Positions 1 through 8,792 of a stretch of 64,000 nucleotides of DNA are shown piece after piece. A program made the position numbers and the translations under genes. The notes beneath the pieces were generated by a model that was not told the DNA's origin, made no database searches, and saw nothing but the letters and a program-made list of their open reading frames with translations. The DNA comes from a virus: IMG/VR virus record IMGVR_UViG_3300033977_000049, positions 1-64,000 of that record; one strand, 5' to 3'. The number at the start of each line of letters is the position of its first letter. Position 1 is the first letter of the stretch.

Positions 1-222
1 TTGCCTGCTAATGCCAAGCTGAGCGCGGGTGGGGACCTTTATTTGCGCAACCTGACTACGCTCCCTGCTAATGCCAAGCTGAGCGCGGGTGAGAACCTTA
101 ATTTGCACAACCTAACCATGCTCCCTGCTAATGCCAAGCTGAGCGCGGGTGGGGACCTTGACTTGAGCGGCCTGACTACGCTCCCTGCTAATGCCAAGCT
201 GAGCGCGGGTGGGGACCTTTAT
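1..222 (+). repeat. Tandem 60-bp coding repeat (3 full units plus a partial unit)
   Basis: cctgctaatgccaagctgagcgcgggt recurs at 4, 64, 124 and 184. Confidence 0.95.
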
Positions 223-294
223 CTTAATAATGATTTACGTGAAACGAAACTTTCTAAAGATGTCACTATTAAGAAAAATATCATTTATTATTAA
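1..294 (+). CDS. Leucine-rich-repeat protein, 3' part (truncated by window start)
   Basis: 20-aa repeats LPANAKLSAGGDLxLxxLTT, followed by a short non-repeat C-terminus; no true start visible. Confidence 0.75.
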   Translation: MPANAKLSAGGDLYLRNLTTLPANAKLSAGENLNLHNLTMLPANAKLSAGGDLDLSGLTTLPANAKLSAGGDLYLNNDLRETKLSKDVTIKKNIIYY

Positions 295-317
295 AAACTA
301 AACCTTCTGGAGGACTT

Positions 318-503
318 ATGAAAGAAACTATTGTACGCGATAAGTTATATGAAACATATAATAAAGTATTCGCAAGATTTATTCACGATCATCTTGCTAA
401 CAATAAACAGGCAGAATTGGAATTTGATAGAATCGTTTGGGAATTAGCTAGCGATCAAGCTAAACGGTTTGTAGAATTCTATGACAATATGGTGACCACA
501 TGA
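318..503 (+). CDS. Hypothetical protein
   Basis: GGAGG RBS upstream; ATGA overlap with the next ORF. Confidence 0.6.
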   Translation: MKETIVRDKLYETYNKVFARFIHDHLANNKQAELEFDRIVWELASDQAKRFVEFYDNMVTT

Positions 504-826
504 ATGGTGCAGCTTTATTAGCCACTGTTTTATTCTTAGGCGGACCTGGCCAGGGACTTACAATCGATGCGGGGCCTATTTGTTCCTGTAAGATAGATCA
601 AGTGGGGGATACGCTTATTATTTATCGCAAAAAAGTTTACAGAGGAGAGGCAACTGAAAGATTGCCCGTAGTTACAATTCCCTCCTCCGAAAGGAATTGG
701 AATCGCGCTGTTAATCTATGCATGGCCTATCGCAGGCGAGAAAAATGGGCATTACAAAACGATCCAATGAAGGTAAAGGAGAGGAAAGATGCCATACATA
801 AACAGGGGATACAGAGAAAAACTTGA
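500..826 (+). CDS. Hypothetical protein, possible signal peptide
   Basis: Hydrophobic N-terminus; translationally coupled to upstream ORF. Confidence 0.5.
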   Translation: MNGAALLATVLFLGGPGQGLTIDAGPICSCKIDQVGDTLIIYRKKVYRGEATERLPVVTIPSSERNWNRAVNLCMAYRRREKWALQNDPMKVKERKDAIHKQGIQRKT

Positions 827-1088
827 TCCATTTATTAGTGTTTTATCTGAGAAAATTTGTGAAACTGCACAAAATAAAACCGATATTTTTGGCATGTTGA
901 ATTATGCCTTTACCAGGATATCGTTATTGGTTATTGAAAGTACTTATGAAAGGCTGCAATATTGGTTGATAGCTGAATTAACCGGAATATTGCACAATAT
1001 TTCGGATGAATTTTATAGGCGCGTAGTTTCGCCGTATGAAGATAATAAGATGAAAGAATCAGGAGATGTACCAGAATATAAACAATAG
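789..1088 (+). CDS. Conserved phage hypothetical protein
   Basis: MPYI...GxLNY...EFYRRVVxPYED.K...GDV pattern seen in small phage proteins; GAGG RBS. Confidence 0.65.
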   Translation: MPYINRGYREKLDPFISVLSEKICETAQNKTDIFGMLNYAFTRISLLVIESTYERLQYWLIAELTGILHNISDEFYRRVVSPYEDNKMKESGDVPEYKQ

Positions 1089-1255
1089 GAGAAAAATATG
1101 TGCGTTGTAAAAATAGGTTTAGTTAGTTTTTCATTAGTTTTTGCTGGATTCCTCGCTGCCAGATGGAGGTAGAAAATTTATTGGAGTAGAGCAGCAGTTT
1201 CAGGGTCTTATGGATAGTATAGAAAAAGAAAAGAAAAAATGAAGGATTCAATAAT

Positions 1256-2350
1256 ATGGCATATTTATACAAAAATCAACAGGGGCATGAAGTCAATGTA
1301 CATAGTTTCAGTTCTGGCTCAGATTTCAGAAAATGCCCAAGGCTTTATCAATTAAAGCGCATCTTAGGCTGGCGTGAGAAAGAAGATCGGGCCGCCATGA
1401 GATTTGGAAATGCCTTGGAATCTGCTATACAAAAATATCATGAGACTCAATTATCTCCGGAAGAAGAATTTAAAAGAATTTGGGATAAAGTAAGACAGGT
1501 TGAGAGTGTAAACTATGGGGAATCTTCTTGGGAAGAAATGTTAATCCAAGGCGCTGATATGTGCAGGCTATATGTTGCTAAATGCTCTACATTTCCGATT
1601 GACAGGCCCAAGTTTCAATTGAATTACAGAAAAGAGGTATATCCTAATACTTATTTAGGTGGTATTATTTTCACTGCTTATCTCGATATTCTCTCTCAAT
1701 TGCCGGAAAGTGGAAAGTTAATTATTGACGTTAAAAGTTCTGGCCGGGACCTGCAATCACCGCTACTCGCTCTTGATCCTCAGCTTCGCCGGTATGCCTG
1801 GCTAACGGGAATAGAAAATGTGGCCTTTATGTGGTTTACTAGAGTTACGCCGGAAATAAAAAGGGGCCATAAAGTATATGTATTTGAGCGCCACGGAGAT
1901 CCCCTAATAGTGTTTGTTGCGGGTATTCCAAATGAATCCAATCCTGTTCTTATTAGCGAAAAAGACTATGAGGAATATGAAAAAAGCAGCCAAGGATTAA
2001 AAGGTAAAGCCCTGGATGGCATTAAGGAAAGCTTTGCGGAAACTAGGGGGATAGTTATTCCTCATAGCGGATTTACAAAACAAAGATTAACATTTTTTCA
2101 GGGAAAAATCTCCAAAGAAGAACAGGATGATTCCGGAGAGGCTATAGGCCGGGAAATAGCAGAAATTGTAGCGGCAAGAGAGGCTGGTAAATATCCCCAA
2201 CATTGCGGTATCCGTTTCCCGGACGATAATTGCTTGCATTGTCCTATGCGGGGTATTTGTGGACATGATGATAAGTTAAGAGATGAATTATTGATAGCCC
2301 CATCAGCACAACAAGATCCTGATTGGGTAAAAGAATTTTTGGAGGATTAA
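1256..2350 (+). CDS. PD-(D/E)XK exonuclease, Cas4/RecB-like, with probable Fe-S cysteines
   Basis: N-terminal CPR...FGNAL motif, LDIL...IIDVK catalytic motif, Q.xxY, C-terminal CxxCxxxxxC. Confidence 0.8.
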   Translation: MAYLYKNQQGHEVNVHSFSSGSDFRKCPRLYQLKRILGWREKEDRAAMRFGNALESAIQKYHETQLSPEEEFKRIWDKVRQVESVNYGESSWEEMLIQGADMCRLYVAKCSTFPIDRPKFQLNYRKEVYPNTYLGGIIFTAYLDILSQLPESGKLIIDVKSSGRDLQSPLLALDPQLRRYAWLTGIENVAFMWFTRVTPEIKRGHKVYVFERHGDPLIVFVAGIPNESNPVLISEKDYEEYEKSSQGLKGKALDGIKESFAETRGIVIPHSGFTKQRLTFFQGKISKEEQDDSGEAIGREIAEIVAAREAGKYPQHCGIRFPDDNCLHCPMRGICGHDDKLRDELLIAPSAQQDPDWVKEFLED

Positions 2351-2353
2351 ATA

Positions 2354-2920
2354 ATGAATGATATCAATCATCGGGATATATGGGAATATATAACTGCCAA
2401 AGAATTAGAATCCGGCATTGTCAGATTAAGCGATGATATACAATCATGTAGCCTCCATGATTTTTCAAAAACATATAATTACCTATTAAGTAAGAAAATG
2501 AAATATGCTCAATTAATAATTACCAGTCCGGGGGGTGGTGCATATCATGCATTTGCTATGTATGATATATTGAAAATGGCTGAAAATAAAGGACTTATAA
2601 CAACTGGATTGGTAGAGGGATTTGCCGCTAGCGCAGCGTCTATGATTGTTCTTCAGGGATGTAAACATAGGCTATCCACTCCACTTGCTAGGCTACACCT
2701 TCATGAAGTTCAGCAATGGGTTTTCTTGGATGTACAAACCGCCTCTGATGTACAGGATAGGGCAAAGGAAATGAAAGTTTTAATGGATATGATTGTAAAA
2801 ATCTTGTCTGAAAGAACTGGTAGGTCAGCAACAGAACTTTTAGAATTTATCCAGCGCCGGGAAAGGTGGATGTCGGCTAAAGAAGCATTAGAATATGGAT
2901 TGATTGATGAGATTATTTAG
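2354..2920 (+). CDS. clpP: ClpP-family serine protease
   Basis: ITSPGG, AASAAS (catalytic Ser), LHE, and WMSAKEALEYGLIDEI C-terminal signature. Confidence 0.85.
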   Translation: MNDINHRDIWEYITAKELESGIVRLSDDIQSCSLHDFSKTYNYLLSKKMKYAQLIITSPGGGAYHAFAMYDILKMAENKGLITTGLVEGFAASAASMIVLQGCKHRLSTPLARLHLHEVQQWVFLDVQTASDVQDRAKEMKVLMDMIVKILSERTGRSATELLEFIQRRERWMSAKEALEYGLIDEII

Positions 2921-2928
2921 GAGGATGT

Positions 2929-3171
2929 ATGATTACAAAAATCAAGCTTGTTGAATTGATTTTTACAGCACTTCCCCTACCCAGGCCTCATGATATTAGT
3001 TGTGTATCTGAAAAAAATGCAATACTTTTTATTTGGGGCGTAGATAAAACTAAATTTAGGGTAAATGTAAATCTTCATGTAGAAGAGGTAAAGGGCTGCC
3101 TTGTAAGTAAAAGCGACAAAGCCGCATTAATCGAAAATATTTTTGTTAGAAGCTTAGGACTGATTATTTAG
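2929..3171 (+). CDS. Hypothetical protein
   Basis: GGAGG RBS; fits the operon. Confidence 0.55.
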   Translation: MITKIKLVELIFTALPLPRPHDISCVSEKNAILFIWGVDKTKFRVNVNLHVEEVKGCLVSKSDKAALIENIFVRSLGLII

Positions 3172-3179
3172 GAGATTTA

Positions 3180-3272
3180 ATGAATAGAATATGTAATCGG
3201 ATATGTTTTTGTTGTGGGGAACATTATAGAACCGGATGTGTTTTAGGTCCAATTTGCGGTAAGAAGTTTTAA
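3180..3272 (+). CDS. 30-aa Cys-rich microprotein (not in ORF track)
   Basis: AGGAG RBS; MNRICNRICFCCGEHYRTGCVLGPICGKKF fills an intergenic gap. Confidence 0.4.
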   Translation: MNRICNRICFCCGEHYRTGCVLGPICGKKF

Positions 3273-3299
3273 AACTAAGAAAAATCTAGAGGATGATGA

Positions 3300-4421
3300 A
3301 TGCCAAAAAGAATCATAGACGGAGAGGCCCTTTGGACATCTCAAAAATTAAAAAATGTTCCCTATGAATATAGACTTCATTATGCCATGTGGATACCATT
3401 AGCAGAGGCTAACGGATGTTTTGAGGCTTCCGTGCCTTTAATTAAATCAAAAGTTTATTCATTTTTATTTCCAGATATAGAATTGCAAACTATAGAAGAT
3501 ATATTAACAAGTTTTTGCCGAGTAGGATTAATTAATCTATATAATGCCCGTGGGAAAAAATGGGGATTTTTCGTTGGAATTGATAAACCAGGTAGATTAC
3601 CTTCTAAAAAACACTTAGATAGATATCAAAATTTACCTCCAGGTCCTATGGATATAAAATCTGTCCCGGAAAGTCCGGGACCGGGAGAGGATAAAACCCA
3701 AACCAAACCAATCCAAAACCAAACCAAACCCTTCGGGCATAGTCCCGGACTAGAATATGATGAAAATCAAAAAAAAGACTTATATTCGGAGGAAGAAATG
3801 TCAAGCCTTATAAAAGAAATTAGAGGAATTTGTATTAAATATTTTGGAGCTTACGAACCGTTAAAACAGATGGGTGATCCGACTGTGGAGGTTTTGAATG
3901 AATACGCTGAAGCTTTTGGTAGACAATTTGTCATAGATTCTTTTGAAGATTTTATTAAAACCCAAGGCTCTGATATAGGCCCGTATCCTATCAGGAAGTT
4001 TCTACATTACGCGCCGGATATTTTTAAGGGTAAAAAGATTTTTAAGCCCGATGATATGCTGCAAAATCTTCTTGAAAAGATTATCCGAATTTCTGGATCT
4101 GATGTTACTTTTAGCGCGGCTCAACTTGGAGCAGTTAAAGATTTATTGGATAAATATGGAGAAAAAGATTTTCTTCTGGCTTATCGGGATTTTTATTCTC
4201 GCATCCAGGGAGATGATTTTCAATTAAAGAATGCCGGAAAGCAATGGGCTGAAAGGGGTGAGCAATTTATTATGAATCTGAATATTGCCCGTGAGCGCCA
4301 ACAGGAACGAAATATCCTAGCGGGAAAATTAGAAAAATTGGGAAGGGAACAAGTTGATAAAGTTAGGCAAGAAAGAGAGAAAAAAGAAAAAGAAGAAATG
4401 GAAACGGAGGTTCCAATATAA
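3300..4421 (+). CDS. Phage replication initiator protein
   Basis: MPKRII..LWTS.KL N-terminal winged-helix-like domain, low-complexity linker containing DNA repeats, position upstream of primase-helicase. Confidence 0.65.
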   Translation: MPKRIIDGEALWTSQKLKNVPYEYRLHYAMWIPLAEANGCFEASVPLIKSKVYSFLFPDIELQTIEDILTSFCRVGLINLYNARGKKWGFFVGIDKPGRLPSKKHLDRYQNLPPGPMDIKSVPESPGPGEDKTQTKPIQNQTKPFGHSPGLEYDENQKKDLYSEEEMSSLIKEIRGICIKYFGAYEPLKQMGDPTVEVLNEYAEAFGRQFVIDSFEDFIKTQGSDIGPYPIRKFLHYAPDIFKGKKIFKPDDMLQNLLEKIIRISGSDVTFSAAQLGAVKDLLDKYGEKDFLLAYRDFYSRIQGDDFQLKNAGKQWAERGEQFIMNLNIARERQQERNILAGKLEKLGREQVDKVRQEREKKEKEEMETEVPI

Positions 4422-5008
4422 TGAAACAAGCATATAAAATAGCGATTATTGCGGCCCTTGCATATCTGGTTGGATTTGGAATTACAATAACTTTGGCGTA
4501 TAAACAGGCCTTGCCAACTCTTCCATTTTATAACAACGCATCGGGAGATAAAGAAGAAAAAGCTATACCCGCAACCGACGAAGAAATTAAGGCGCTATCT
4601 AATCAGTCTAAAGAAGCTATGAAAGTTTTTGCGGCTGCGATAGTATTAGAATCAGGCATTGATGTAGAGGCAGCGCAAGAAAATAAAGATATTATTCAGC
4701 ATGTCATGGAAATATTAGGAAAAATTGAAAAACAACCGCAGTTATTTAATTCGCCCCTTGGATTTGATTTAGTATGGGAATTAGATAATGCTTCTTACAA
4801 TGCTTTATGGTGCGTGGGAGTGACAGAACATATCGCGGCAGTTTCTTTATACAATAAAGAAGAAATAGACCCCGGATTGATTGAGGTTAATAAGGCTTGT
4901 AAAGCTGCTAATCATGCCTTATACGAAGCTTCTATCGTGGCACCGAGATTGTATCGCCAGTATCTTCTAGATCATACAAAATCACAGAAATTACAGGCGG
5001 GATTATAA
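4421..5008 (+). CDS. Membrane-anchored hypothetical protein
   Basis: N-terminal transmembrane segment IAIIAALAYLVGFGITITLAY. Confidence 0.6.
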   Translation: MKQAYKIAIIAALAYLVGFGITITLAYKQALPTLPFYNNASGDKEEKAIPATDEEIKALSNQSKEAMKVFAAAIVLESGIDVEAAQENKDIIQHVMEILGKIEKQPQLFNSPLGFDLVWELDNASYNALWCVGVTEHIAAVSLYNKEEIDPGLIEVNKACKAANHALYEASIVAPRLYRQYLLDHTKSQKLQAGL

Positions 5009-5023
5009 AATTCGGAGGATTCA

Positions 5024-6022
5024 ATGCTTCGCATAGGTGTTATAGGTTATGGCTATTGGGGTCCGAATATAGTTAGGAATTTATATGCCCTGGATGATGT
5101 GAGATTTGTATCTATATGCGATCAAGACCCAATAGCCCTAAAACGAGCCATGCGTTTATATTCAAACGCTTGGACTACTTTAAATTCAGATGATATATTA
5201 CGTTCGCCAGATATTGATGCAATAGCCGTTACTACTCCCACATGGACCCATTTTGATTTAGCAAGGGTTGCTCTTGAAAACGGAAAACATGTTTTCATTG
5301 AAAAACCTATGACCCTTTATTCATATGAAGCTGAAAAATTAATTGAATTAGCTCAGAAGAAAAATCTAAAGATTATGATAGATCATACTTTTCTTTTTAC
5401 TGAAGCAGTTAAAATGATCCATCAATTGATTTATCAAGGCGTGTTAGGAGATGTATACTATTATGATTCCATGAGAGTAAATTTGGGAATTTTCAGGAAC
5501 GATACCGATGTGATATATGACCTCGCATCTCATGACTTATCTATTATGGACTATATTATTAACAAGAAACCTCAAGGGATAATAGCAACCGGCAAGGCAC
5601 ATTTCAATAAGCATATAGATATGGCTTTTATTACGGTTTATTTTGGAAAAAATACTATTGCCCATATAAATGTCAACTGGCTTTCGCCCGTAAAAGTACG
5701 AACCACCTTAATCGGAGGGTCAAGGAAGATGATAATGTGGAATGATCTCGATGCAGATGAGAAAGTAAAAGTTTATGATAAGGGCGTGCAATTGGCCGAC
5801 ACGCAAAATATCCATGAGGCTTTGGCTAGTTATCGATCCGGAGATATTTGGATTCCTAAACTATCCCAGGAAGAAGCGCTAAAAGTGGAATTGGCCTATT
5901 TTTTGAAATGTATTGAGACAAATGAAACTCCCATTAACGATGGCGTTTCCGGTTTACGGATAGTTAAATTGCTTGAAGCAGCAGAGGAATCTATACGGAT
6001 GGGAAGGGAAATTATATTGTAA
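5024..6022 (+). CDS. Gfo/Idh/MocA NAD-dependent oxidoreductase (nucleotide-sugar dehydrogenase type)
   Basis: IGVIGYGYWG Rossmann motif, GKHVFIEKP, DLASHDLS. Confidence 0.92.
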   Translation: MLRIGVIGYGYWGPNIVRNLYALDDVRFVSICDQDPIALKRAMRLYSNAWTTLNSDDILRSPDIDAIAVTTPTWTHFDLARVALENGKHVFIEKPMTLYSYEAEKLIELAQKKNLKIMIDHTFLFTEAVKMIHQLIYQGVLGDVYYYDSMRVNLGIFRNDTDVIYDLASHDLSIMDYIINKKPQGIIATGKAHFNKHIDMAFITVYFGKNTIAHINVNWLSPVKVRTTLIGGSRKMIMWNDLDADEKVKVYDKGVQLADTQNIHEALASYRSGDIWIPKLSQEEALKVELAYFLKCIETNETPINDGVSGLRIVKLLEAAEESIRMGREIIL

Positions 6023-6502
6023 ATGCGATATACATTTAATTTATCTTTTATTAAAAATTGCCATTTTGGAAAAGATGTTAGAATCTCCAAATTTTTGAAT
6101 CTTTACGATTGTACTATTGGGGATGAAACCAAGATCGGTGCATTTGTAGAAATTCAAAAAGGCGTTATTATTGGGAAAAGATGCAAGATTTCTAGCCATA
6201 GTTTGATTTGTGAGGGTGTAATTATTGAAGATAATGTTTTCATCGGACATGGGGTTATGTTTACCAATGACAAATATCCCAGAGCAACTAATCCAGATGG
6301 AACCCCTCAGGGGCCGGATGATTGGAAATTAGAACGAACCTTGGTGAAACGGGGAGCCTCTATAGGATCTAATGTCGTCATCCTGCCCGGAGTAATTATT
6401 GGAGAAAATGCTATGGTGGGGGCCGGAAGTGTAGTCACCAAAGATGTTTTGCCTAATACGGTTGTATTGGGAAATCCGGCTAGAATGCAAGTAAGGGGTT
6501 GA
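6023..6502 (+). CDS. Hexapeptide-repeat sugar N-acetyltransferase (WbpD/FdtC-like)
   Basis: Left-handed beta-helix repeats, FIGHGVMFTND.YP, GAGSVVTKDV...GNPAR. Confidence 0.9.
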   Translation: MRYTFNLSFIKNCHFGKDVRISKFLNLYDCTIGDETKIGAFVEIQKGVIIGKRCKISSHSLICEGVIIEDNVFIGHGVMFTNDKYPRATNPDGTPQGPDDWKLERTLVKRGASIGSNVVILPGVIIGENAMVGAGSVVTKDVLPNTVVLGNPARMQVRG

Positions 6503-6819
6503 CCAATATGAAAATATATGAACTGATTAAATATTTATATGGTATAAAGCCACGCTATACGGCTTTCTGCTTAACCCCTAAAACAGAACCAAAACAAATT
6601 AAATTGCCCAATGGAACTATTATAACCTATACAAATAAAGGCATTAGCTCTTACGAAGCCCGACATTTTCAAACTCCAGAATATGCTCAAGAATGGGCAA
6701 GGCTATCTGGTATCCAGATTTCGTTGGCACACGCTAGAAATTGGTTACCTACATCAGGCAGCGGCATCTGGCGAAGGGGTTCAGAAAATAAATATGCAAC
6801 CCGACAAAGACTTTCTTAA
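6499..6819 (+). CDS. Hypothetical protein
   Basis: ORF bridging the acetyltransferase and primase genes. Confidence 0.4.
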   Translation: MTNMKIYELIKYLYGIKPRYTAFCLTPKTEPKQIKLPNGTIITYTNKGISSYEARHFQTPEYAQEWARLSGIQISLAHARNWLPTSGSGIWRRGSENKYATRQRLS

Positions 6820-8743
6820 AAGGCATCCGTCCGTTATCCGGTTATATGCTTCTATTTTGGGTCAGCAATTACAGAAGGAAGGCCCAAATTATGTGGCATT
6901 ATGCCCAATGCACCCGGATAAGTCTACTAAATCTTTTAAAATCAAAGTCGGGCCGGAAGATAGGAATTACTGGCATTGCTTTGGTACTTGTAGCCGTGGA
7001 GGGGATATATTTGATTTATTGATGCTTATCAAACCGGATAGATTTAAAAGTTATAGCGATGCGGTTTCTTTTGTTAGGGAATATGTGGAAAAGAATGCCA
7101 CTAGTTGGGATAAAGATAAAGACAAGGTTGATGCTATTTTTAAGCCCCTATCAGAAGAGAAAAAAGAATATCGAAAAATTGATCTAAAGTGGTATCTCGA
7201 TCATTATGTCGCTAATCTTATGAATAGTTCAGAAGCTCAAGAATGGCTTATGCGGGAGCGCGGCATAACTCTAGAAACAGCCGTTCGTTTAAATCTAGGC
7301 TACATTAAAAATCTGGGAGAAAAGTTGGGTCAGGATTTAGCCGATAAAGGTTGGATTTCTCTTCCCTATATTGACAATGAACAAGTGATTCTTTTAAAAT
7401 ACCGCAGCATGGCGAAAAAAGATTACAGACGTTTTCCCGGTATGGAAACTACCTTATTTAATCTACCCACCATTGATGCCTTTGACAGTCTTTATACCTG
7501 TGAGGGGGAGTTCGACGCCAGTATTTTAGAACAAGCTGGATTCCATGCTATCTCTTTACCAGCAGGAACTAATTCTAAATATAAATCAGTAATTACTTCC
7601 GAAATGCGTGATCGTATTATGGAGGCCAATGAAATTATTTTAGCAGGAGATAACGATCCCACTGGCATAGGAACAATGGATAAGTTGTGGAATGAATTAG
7701 ATGATTGTAAAAAAGTTCGTCGGCTTGTATGGCCGGAAGGATGTAAAGATGCTAATGCTACTTTTCTTACAAAATGTAAGGGAGATGTGCAAGAATTTAA
7801 AAAATTAGTTGAAGAATTGTCTGCGGCATCTAGGTTATACGTCATGAAAAATGTATATTCTCTACAGCAGGCAATGCTCTTATCGGGACGTACCAATCTG
7901 GCAGATGATCCTCGACGCTTACGCTTTCCATGGCCCAGCGTAGATAATATGGCAATTCTTTTACCTGGATCGGTGATGGCCTTTTCAGCTACACAGACAA
8001 AACAGGGTAAGAGTACATTTATTTTACAATCTACTTTAAATCAAGCTATGCAATATAAAGAGGTGATCTTAAATTATCAATGCGAACTAACTAGAGATGA
8101 GCTAGCCTGTATAGCGACTTCCCATCTTCTTCAGCGCAATCGCAATCACTTAACGCATGAAGATTATATTGAGGCATCAAAATTAATTGCTGGTATACAA
8201 TATTATATTGGCCGAGATGAAACATTACGAACCATTACACCGGTCTTGGATTTAATCGAGGCAGCTATTAAACGCCTGGGGGCTACGGTTGTAGTCTTAG
8301 ATCATTTTCATTTTGTTTGTCGCAATGTTGATAATCAAATACAGGAGGAGGAAAATGCCTTCCAAAGAATAAAACAAATGGCCGGTAAATATAAGATTAA
8401 ATTTATTGTGATTGGACAGCCCCGCAAAGCCCGACAATCCGAAAAGGGTAAGATGATTCATATCACAGATTTAAAGGGATCGGAAGTCTTTGGTTCGGAC
8501 AGCGATGCTATATTTATTCTCCATCGAGATTTAATTGTTAATTCAGACCCCGATAATCCCCCGGTAGACGATTATGAGCCGGATACTAAAATAGTGCTAT
8601 TAGCGGCTCGGTCTAAGGGGGATGGGGCAACTGAAGCTCGACTTTATTATACTGGTACTTTGGCCACTTTTAGGGAAATGGATGAAATGACTTTTAAAGA
8701 TAAAGGAGATGCGATTCAGGATAACGTACAATCTGAATTATAA
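6794..8743 (+). CDS. DNA primase-helicase fusion (CHC2 Zn finger, TOPRIM, DnaB-like SF4 helicase)
   Basis: CPMH...CFGTC zinc finger, CEGEFDA, GDND, KDAN, Walker A variant TKQGKS, VLDH, LKGS; start set at ATG 6794 rather than 6683. Confidence 0.9.
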   Translation: MQPDKDFLKRHPSVIRLYASILGQQLQKEGPNYVALCPMHPDKSTKSFKIKVGPEDRNYWHCFGTCSRGGDIFDLLMLIKPDRFKSYSDAVSFVREYVEKNATSWDKDKDKVDAIFKPLSEEKKEYRKIDLKWYLDHYVANLMNSSEAQEWLMRERGITLETAVRLNLGYIKNLGEKLGQDLADKGWISLPYIDNEQVILLKYRSMAKKDYRRFPGMETTLFNLPTIDAFDSLYTCEGEFDASILEQAGFHAISLPAGTNSKYKSVITSEMRDRIMEANEIILAGDNDPTGIGTMDKLWNELDDCKKVRRLVWPEGCKDANATFLTKCKGDVQEFKKLVEELSAASRLYVMKNVYSLQQAMLLSGRTNLADDPRRLRFPWPSVDNMAILLPGSVMAFSATQTKQGKSTFILQSTLNQAMQYKEVILNYQCELTRDELACIATSHLLQRNRNHLTHEDYIEASKLIAGIQYYIGRDETLRTITPVLDLIEAAIKRLGATVVVLDHFHFVCRNVDNQIQEEENAFQRIKQMAGKYKIKFIVIGQPRKARQSEKGKMIHITDLKGSEVFGSDSDAIFILHRDLIVNSDPDNPPVDDYEPDTKIVLLAARSKGDGATEARLYYTGTLATFREMDEMTFKDKGDAIQDNVQSEL

Positions 8744-8792
8744 AGTATCGAAATTTGTGGGAATCATGGTATTATAATGGTGGAGGATGTAG

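Noticed and set aside
1-240. CRISPR-like array (constant part plus variable part)
   Set aside because: The variable halves are homologous to each other, the period is an in-frame 60 bp, and the region encodes LRRs
1256-2350. CRISPR-Cas system suggested by the Cas4-like nuclease
   Set aside because: No other cas genes or arrays; stand-alone Cas4/RecB-like nucleases are common in phages
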